Below, one piece after another: positions 55,688 to 64,000 of a stretch of 64,000 nucleotides of DNA. Within the stretch, counting starts at the first letter, position 1; every line of letters starts with the position of its first letter. The stretch spans positions 4,216,001 to 4,280,000 of the forward strand of contig CATNEN010000038.1 of NCBI GenBank assembly GCA_950097015.1. The letters run 5' to 3'. The DNA comes from Macrostomum hystrix (Eukaryota; Animalia; Platyhelminthes). A program made the position numbers and the translations under genes. Under the pieces are notes generated by a model that saw only the letters and a program-made list of their open reading frames with translations, ran no database searches and had not been told where the DNA came from.

Positions 55688-58600
55688 AAGAGGGGGAGCC
55701 CACGGAAACCGGCGGCCCCCGTTCTTTCCCGGGGTGAGGAGGAAGAGGAAGAGGAAGAGGAGGAAGAGGGCCTTCTGGCCCAATCCCCTCAGAAACCATC
55801 AGACGGTTAACCTGATGCGCACGGCTGAGCGCACGCTTCCGAGCCTCATTTTTGTTCAGGAGCCCTGGCTTTCCAAAGGTAAGTCTATCCAATATACCTT
55901 CGGGATTTGACTGTTCTTGCATGGCGGATACCCCTCGCCCCAGATCGCTGATCTTTGCTGCAAATTCTCTAAAAGCGTGGATGAGACCCGACCTGCCACC
56001 GGGGACATCTGCGTGATCCAAACCCTGCACATAGTGCAGCGTAAGTTTACTCTGGTGGCGTCAGTATACCTGCCAGGCGATGCCCCACGGTCAGCGATGC
56101 GCTGGTAGCTCTCTGCGATTACGCGCATGTGCACAACTTCGAGCTCCTCATTGCCGGTGATGTGAACGCACACCACTCGCACTGGGGTAGTAAGAACATC
56201 AACGACCACAGGCACAAAGGCACAAACCTTAATTTCTGCAATGCCAGAAGCACCCCAACTTTCGACAATGGCCGTTGGTCAGAGGTCCTCGATGTGCACC
56301 CTCGTCTCCCCGGGCGTCCTCGCCAGGATATCCGGCTGGAGAGTGTGGGGAGAAGAGGAGTCCCTCTCAGACCATCGCCTCATCCGCTTCGAGGTCGTAA
56401 ATGCTACCCCGAAGAGAACTATCACCTGGAGCAGGAACATCCGAAACACCGACTGGACCAGGTTCGGCCTTGAGCTGAGCATGGGTCTGCGTGACATCGG
56501 CACCCCAGGTGACATCACAAACTGCAACATAGCTGACTAGATAGCCTCCAAGCTTGGAGGCACGGTCATCGATGCCTATGAGGCGGCCTGTCCCCTCAAA
56601 GCCTATAAAGGCAAGAAATCTGCCATCTGGTGGAACCCCGAGCCCGGAATCCTGAGACGACGAGCAAAGGCTCTGCAGAGGATATTTCTAAAAACCAGGA
56701 CCCCTGAAGACAGAGAAGCCTATGTTCATGCCAGTCATGAGTTCAAGGGCCAGGTCAGAAGGGCAAAAGCGGCCAAGTGGCGCCAATACTGCGAAGGGCT
56801 TGAGGGCTCCCGCCCCACTGCCGACGTGGTAAAAGCGCTCACTTAAGACAGCTTCTCCAAACTAAACGCTCTAGCTCATGCTCGGGCATTTCTTCCCCAG
56901 CATCCAGACAGCGCAGGGCCAGCCAGACCACACTGTGGGCGGGCAAGACCTAGCAAAGTCTCTCGTCACCAAATACCGCATCATACGTGCGGCAAATTTC
57001 TTTAATCCGTACAAAGCACCGGGCCCGGACGGCATCTACCCGGTCCTACCCCTCCTTCATCTACGGCATCTACCCTCCTTCCTGAAGCTGCTTGAGAGAC
57101 TGGTGCTCTGGCGCCTTCTCTCTGGGGAGCTCAAGCGTTTCCCTCTCTCTCAGAACCAGCACGCTTTTAGGGCTGGCAGGTCCACTGAGAGCGCCCTCCA
57201 CTCCATCGTGGAAAAGCTGGAACGGGCTGTGCTGGGTAACAGCTTCGCCCTTTCCTTTTTCATCGACATCGAGGGGGCCTTCGATAACGTCCGTTTCGAA
57301 ACGTTTCGTAGAGCCCTTAAATCTAGGGCCACGCACCCCCACCTTTTCCGCTGGATCATGTACATGATCCAGCACCGCTCTGTGATGGCCAACCTCAATG
57401 GGCTCTCGCTTTCAGCGCCAGTCCAGAAAGGGGGCCCGCAGGGCGGGATTCTTACTCCTCTCCTTTGGAATCTTGTCATGGATGAGCTGCTTGAGGATGC
57501 TCAGCCAGATCCGGTCCAAAAAGTGGGATACGCTGACGATGTGACCGCCACCTGCGCGGGACCTTCAGCGGACACCACTAGGGACCTCATCCAGGGTTCC
57601 ATCAACAGAGCTGAAAGCTGGGCGACCCGCTGCGGGCTCAGACTCTCCGAGTCCAAGACCGTGGCGATCATGTTTACCAGCAAGCTGCGTTGGACCATGA
57701 AACCCCTCACTCTCTACGGCAAGGACATGCCTTGGTCTGATCTTGGACCATATGCTAAACTGGAGTCACCACCTCCGCTTCAAAACCAAGAGGGCCTTGG
57801 CGATACTGGCGTAAGTTAGGCGAGCCGTTGGGAACACTTGGGGCCTCACCCCCCAGATGCTCTGGTGGATCTACACAACGATCATCAGACCTTCGATCTC
57901 GTACGCCAGCCTCATCTGGGCTAGCGCCACGAGTACCCAGGGAAACCTGGATGCGCTTTACAGGGTGCAGGGCAGAGCCTGTCGCATGACCATGGGCGCC
58001 TCACCCTCCACTCCCTTCAAAGGCATGAACGCCTTCCTGGGAGCCACTCCTTTGGACATCTTCGTCAAGGGAGAAGCCGCGAAGAGCACCATATAGGCAC
58101 CTTATGGATGCCGGCGTGACTTTCAATTTCTCGAGAGCCTTCAAAAAGCGCTCTCTCACTCCCCACTCCGATCTGTGCCTGAAGATTCTGGTGAGTGCGA
58201 GTGCAACATCCTCTCCGATGCAATACCCGCCACTCTGATCCTGAGCCACAGGTACAAGGTCGAAATTCAGCCTTGCCAGGAGGCAAACGACAGCTGGACC
58301 GACCCTGAAATCCACTGTTATACCGACGGCTCCCTGATGAACGGAATCTCGGGATTCTGTATCTACCCTGTAGGAGCCTGTATCTACAATGGAGGAGAGG
58401 TCACCTGGACTCACTCCCAGCACACTGGGAAAAACTCCAGCGTTCTTCAGAACGAGATGTTCGCTATCAGTTCATGTGCAGCAGAGTTGCACCAGAGGGG
58501 GCTCACTGACCGGAAGATCATTTTCCACTCCGACAGTCAAGCCGCCCTCCGGGCCCTCGACCGTGCTCTAAGACCACCTTGGACTGCAACGCCCAGCTCA

Positions 58601-59316
58601 ACGGGCTGGCACGGGCCAACGAGGTCAAGCTCAAATGGATCCCAGGTCACGCTGGCTTCCCAGGGAATGAGATGGCGGACCAGCTCACAAAAGCTGGAGC
58701 AGCCAGCACCCTGGCGGGGCCAGGGCCTGGCGCTCCTATCCCCGTCACTGTGACCAACCTCAAGCTGAAGCGCTGGATGGAGGCCCAGCACCTGGACAGA
58801 TGGACCAAGACCCAGAAATGCAAGCAGTCCAGGGCAGCGGTCCCATGTCCGTCTCACCGCCTGCACAAAGCCCTCTTAAAGCTGAACCGCAGAGATCTCC
58901 GCGCAGTAAGCATGGCCCTCTCAGGGCATGGCTGTTTTTCTCGGCATCGATATCTCCAGGGCCAGCTCCTGGAGGACAAATGCACCTTTTGTAGCTCGGG
59001 CAGCGAAAATGCCGAGCACTTCATCAGTTTTCACCAGGGCAAAGCTACCTTAGGCCTAACCCAACTCTCTCCGATTTGCAGGCCCGAGAGCATCCCTCAG
59101 CTTGCCCGGTACCTACGGGATACGGGGCGAGCCAACGTCTTCCCCACCGACAGTGCGGAGGACCACGCTGCAGGCGAGTCCGACGGGCCACCCTGAGCAA
59201 CACCACCTCTCCTGAGGTCGTCTGGTTTGCGAGGGGTTAGCGGAATGGGCGGTCCCCTCCGCCTCCTCGCTGCGTCCGCCGGTACGGAGCACCCTGCAGC
59301 TAAGTCAGTAAGTCAA
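55688..59316 (+). mobile_element. LOA-clade non-LTR retrotransposon copy 2 (diverged subfamily): ORF1 tail, APE endonuclease, RT, RNase H and 3' UTR; frameshifted
   Basis: VQEPW, SVYLP, GDVNAHH, SDHRLIRF (APE); FFIDIEGAFDN, PQGGILTPLLW, GYADD; YTDGS, WIPGHAGFPGNEMAD; tail ccctgcagctaagtcagtaagtcaa followed by TSD gagcgtttgatt (59317-59328). Confidence 0.88.
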
Positions 59317-59503
59317 GAGCGTTTGATTTATAGGTGTATTAGTCGCTGATTAAAGTATCATGCATGTAAAATAGTTCATACACATGTCAGCAGTTTTGGC
59401 TTGTACAAATGGCAGCAATTATTAATTGTTATTTTTGTTATTTTATTCACACATACCTAAAAATTAAATTGCAATAAGTATAGCTATAGTCTTTGTGACC
59501 CTC

Positions 59504-60098
59504 CTGCACTATGGGGATCAGGACCCGGTCGCTGATGGATGTGTGGCAACCCTGCATGATGGAGATCAGGACCCAGTCGCTGATGGATGTGTGGCAACCC
59601 TGCATGATGGGGATCAGGACCCGGTCGCTGATGGATGTGTGGCAACCCTGCATGATGGAGATCAGGACCCGGTCGCTGATGGATGTGTGGCAACCCTGCA
59701 TGATGGAGATCAGGACCCGGTCGCTGATGGATGTGTGGCAACCCTGCATGATGGGGATCAGGACCCAGTCGCTGATGGATGTGTGGCAACCCTGCATGAT
59801 GGGGATCAGGACCCGGTCGCTGATGGATGTGTGGCAACCCTGCATGATGGAGATCAGGACCCGGTCGCTGATGGATGTGTGGCAACCCTGCATGATGGAG
59901 ATCAGGACCCGGTCGCTGATGGATGTGTGGCAACCCTGCATGATGGAGATCAGGACCCGGTCGCTGATGGATGTGTGGCAACCCTGCATGATGGGGATCA
60001 GGACCCAGTCGCTGATGGATGTGTGGCAACCCTGCATGATGGGGATCAGGACCCGGTCGCTGATGAATGTGTGGCAACCCATCTCGATGGGGATCAGT
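59504..60098. repeat. 48-bp minisatellite, 12 copies, right foldback arm
   Basis: Reverse complement of the 46345-47515 unit. Confidence 0.93.
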
Positions 60099-63000
60099 TG
60101 CGAGGATTCTGTTTGGGATCTTGCCATGAAGATAGTTCAGAAACCATAAAAGAACCAAACAATTTGACAGGCAACTGAACCGCTGAAGAGTACAGCTGCT
60201 AACACTGAAAGATGAGAATTTGTTGTAGAAATTGTTTGAAACGTACGCCTTACAGGAGAATAATATAAGTATGCGCATCGTTTAATGGCTTTCAAATAGC
60301 TAGTATATTTATCATAAAAATAGGGCATCAAACTGCGAAATGCTTAAGGTGTGGTGTACTCAGTGTAAAATAGCGAAAATACTGTCGAATGACAAGAGTG
60401 TTTCTCAAGATATGTAATTATCAGCCTTACGCGCTGACTAGCGAAATATTATAATAATAAAAAACAGACAGTCAACGTCAACCCTGGCTGTACTTTTGTA
60501 GTGTGAGCAGTCATAGCTCTGAAATATCCGTCAGAGCACAGGATCAAGGGCTCCGAAAATGTGCATCTCGAATGTGCACCGAAAATTGACTCAGGACAAG
60601 TCGAACAGGATGTGCTTATAGAAACTTCCAGCGAGAGCCACATGTTCCTGAAAGGAAACATAGGTAATAGGATGTTGTACCTTTTTATTTTTTAATTTAG
60701 ACAAAACAGCCAATTTTTCAAAAGCAGGGGGAATGAAAGAGGTGCTGGGAAGAGGGAGGGGACTATCAAGGACGGCGGGAGGAATGCCAAGGAGGATAGG
60801 AGAGGGGACTGTCAAGACCAGGGAGGATAAGGGAGGGGACTGTCAAGGATGGCAGGAGGAATGCCATGGAGGATGGGGAGGGGACTATTAAGGATGGCGG
60901 AAGGAATGCCATGGAGGATGGGAAGGGGACTGTCAAGGATGGCATGAGGAATGCCATGGAGGATGGGGAGGGGACTGTCAAGGATGGCGGGAGGAATGCC
61001 ATGGAGGATGGGGAGGGGACTGTCAAGGATGGCGGAAGGAATGCCATGGAGGATGGGGAGGGGACTGTCAAGGATGGCAGGAGGAATGCCATGGAGGATG
61101 GGGAGGGGACTGTCAAGGATGGCAGGAGTAATGCCATGGAGGATGGGGAGGGGACTATTAAGGATGGCGGAAGGAATGCCAAGGAGGATGGGAGAGGGGA
61201 CTGTCAAGGCCAGGGAGGATAAGGGAGGGGACTGTCAAGGATGGCAGGAGGAATGCCATGGAGGATGGGGAGGGGACTATTAAGGATGGCGGAAGGAATG
61301 CCAAGGAGGATGGGAGAGGGGACTATTAAGGATGGCGGAAGGAATGCCATGGAGGATGGGAAGGGGACTGTCAAGGATGGCATGAGGAATCCCATGGAGG
61401 ATGGGGAGGGGACTGTCGAGGATGGGGAGGGGACTGTCAAGGATGGCAGGAGGAATGCCATGGAGGATGGGGGAGGGGACTATCAAGGAACAGAAAGTGT
61501 TAGAGGAGCTGTGGTAGAGGAGCATGGGTAGAGTAGAAAGGCCAGTAGAGGAACAGGGGTTAGAGGAGCAGGGGTTGAGGTGCTGGGGTAGAGGAGCAGG
61601 GGTTAGAGGAGCAGGGGTTAGAGGTGCAGGGGTAGAGAGGCAGGGCCAGTAGAGGAGCAAGGTGTAGAAGAGTAGGGTAGAGGTGCAGGGGTAAAGAGGC
61701 AGGGCCAGTAGAGGAGCAAGGTGTAGAAGAGTAGGGTAGAGGTGCAGGGGTAGAGAGGCAGGGCCAGTAGAGGAGCAAGGTGTAGAAGAGTAGGGTAGAG
61801 GTGCAGGGGTAGAGAGGCAGGGCCAGTAGAGGAGCAAGGTGTAGAAGAGTAGGGTAGAGGTGCAGGGGTAGAGAGGCAGGGCCAGTAGAGGAGCAAGGTG
61901 TAGAAGAGTAGGGTAGAGGTGCAGGGGGGTAAAGAAGCAGTTGGTAGAGAAACAGTGGGTGGAGGAGGAGTTGATAGGGGAACAGGGGGTAGTAGAGCAG
62001 TTGATAAAGGAACAGGTAGCAGGATGAAGAGTAGCAAGGGTAGTAAATGAGCCAGAGGAACAGGAGCAATGAATAGGAGAAAAGGAATGGAAAAGAAACA
62101 AAAAAGTATATATATTTATATAATATATAGAAACAAACATATTTGTCATTAGTTATTATTCCTAAGAAATATTTTTTGGCAATAATCTAGCTGTCTATGA
62201 GCCTATATATATTTGAATATATCTAAGCCATATAAGAATTAATAAATTATTGAATTATTATTTCATGGTTAAAAAATATATATGATAATAAAATTTAAAT
62301 ATGTCAGCTTCTAATAAACTATAAATTTTACTTGTGTTGCTGTTTAGCAATAAATATTAATAATAGTACTCATAATAGTAGCTATCACACTATTAGCTTA
62401 GGCTTGGGGCTGTGCCTGTTCTTTAACAAGCCTAGCTAGGAAAACATTCTAAATAGCTAATGTCTAGCAGAACATGCTTTTTAGCTAGATTTTTGCTAGA
62501 AGCTAGCTATATTTGCTAGCTAAACTTTCTACTATGGTCTGAGCCATGGGGTCTGTTTATAACTATGGCTATAGGCCTATAGCCATCCATTCATATCTAG
62601 CTAGGCATAGGTAGGCCAACATTCAATAGCTAGCAAATTATAATTAGCAATAATAGGCCTATAGGAAACAATAATATACAAATAAATTGTAAAGAAACTG
62701 TATCGAATCGATTGTATTGATCCTGGTAACTCTATAAAAGAGTCAGTCATTGAAACGATATCTAACAGCATTGATTATATTATATTTAAGCACGTACATT
62801 TGTGCCCCATATTAAAGCATTGCATTGACTTTGAAAGCTAAAGCTGCGCGTATCGCTACGCCGCTGCGCGCAGAGAACCGCTTTGAAGGCTCGTGTTGTA
62901 ACACAGAATTGGCTTTACAGAGTGTAACACGAGTGGGTACCGTAGGCCTACGAATAGCCAACTTCTAATTTCTTCCAGCATGTGTGTTGATTTCGAATTC

Positions 63001-64000
63001 GCGCCAGCTTTGTTTTAAAAGTAATATTTCAACAGGCTATTTCATGAAGCCAAAGGCATATAAAACGACTCTAAGATGCAAAAAGGATCGCGCAAAGGCA
63101 TGTAAACTAAAAATATAACACCGCTTTTCATGCGCAATAACGCGCAAAATATAATTTACATTTATCTGATTCACCGCCGATTCACCGCCTATAATAAAAC
63201 AAAAAATCGCTCTTTTGCCGTCCCGACGAAACGCGCAGTGCTAGAAATTTAGGCGCATCTCTAAATTAACTTGCGCCATCGATTTTATACAGTTTTGGCT
63301 GTTGAAAATTTATTTAAAAAATCGGTGAAATCCAGTGGCGGTGAAATCAGTACTTAGTCAATTATCGTGGCTGGGTCACGAACATGATTGTGAATTTGAA
63401 CTGGGCCTAATTGTCTTTGACTTTATTACACTGTTGCGTGTAAGAATATAAATTTGTAAGAAAATTATTATTGTCTCATTCGCTGACTGAACGGAAACAG
63501 ACGTAGCAAAAATATGATTATTTAATATAGACACCCTCAGCTCAGCCAGAGCCAGCCTTTAGCCTTGCCCTTGCAGCCCATACTATTTCAAATTCTAATT
63601 AGGCCCTAGACACATTCGTAAGGCACATTTACAAAATGAAAGTCCGTTACTGCAGTTTTGTGTCTATTGCTAGCTTCTATTCTAGAAAAAGTATAGCATA
63701 CACAATACAATAGAATATGTATATCAATGTAGGCCCTATTTCTTTTTATTCTGTACTGTTATAAAAACGTGGACAATTACACAGCCATAGGATAGCCTAA
63801 ATGATGTTTTCCTCTAAAAAAAGAAAATTTGCAAAGCTAGGCCTAGCTTATTTTAATTTTCTACCATCAGATTTTTGCTAATCTTATCAATTATTCTTTC
63901 TAATCTCTTTTACTCAAGATTGACCTGACACTTCACTTGCGCTTGGCTAGTACTTAGTAGGCTCATATGTAGACAATGCAGCTTAGAATTTTCAAATTTT

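Larger units (their letters stand above)
43085..63358. mobile_element. Giant non-autonomous foldback DNA element: left arm 43085-47761, ~375-bp loop, right arm 48137-48200 + 59317-63358
   Basis: Arms are reverse complements (actaagtactgatttcaccgcc ... ggcggtgaaatcagtacttagt) with only 3 substitutions seen over ~4 kb; flanking 9-bp direct repeat caattatcg at 43076-43084 and 63359-63367; flanks beyond are unrelated. Confidence 0.88.

Noticed and set aside
59245-59310. HDV-like ribozyme in the LOA 3' UTR (gcctcctcgctg and gctaa resemble HDV L3 and J4/2)
   Set aside because: No P2 partner after gctaa and P3 is not conserved in copy 1; the pseudoknot model fits both copies better.
43085-63358. 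Inverted duplication as a pure assembly or read fold-back artefact
   Set aside because: The outer TSD, arm-specific substitutions, the diverged inner IR and the TSD-flanked insertion in one arm argue for a real structure; read-level confirmation is still needed.
63949-63958. agtacttagt, matching the foldback terminus
   Set aside because: Only 10 bp with no subterminal ttcaccg motifs; compatible with chance.

Overview
Eukaryotic (metazoan) genomic DNA with GC-rich spliced exons and minisatellite-filled introns. The style suggests an invertebrate such as the flatworm Macrostomum, but that is inference only. Host genes: a multi-exon neutral ceramidase (+, 5' exons outside the window), MELK kinase (-), an intronless FkbM-family methyltransferase (+), a CK1-superfamily pseudokinase (+) and an intronless biogenic-amine GPCR (-). 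Mobile DNA: a decayed Gypsy element, a decayed Crypton-like tyrosine recombinase, a hAT MITE and tRNA-derived SINEs. The last third is dominated by a 20.3-kb foldback element (43085-63358) with near-identical 4.6/4.0-kb inverted arms, a 9-bp target-site duplication (caattatcg) and no visible transposase. An 11.1-kb nest of two LOA-type non-LTR elements plus a Gypsy element sits in its right arm under one 12-bp TSD. The LOA nest has a candidate HDV-like fold at its first nucleotide, and both LOA copies share an H-type pseudoknot in the 3' UTR. The ceramidase appears to gain a GPI-like tail through a GC-AG intron. Most long ORFs in the ORF track are translations of tandem repeats. All exon boundaries and RNA folds were read by eye.
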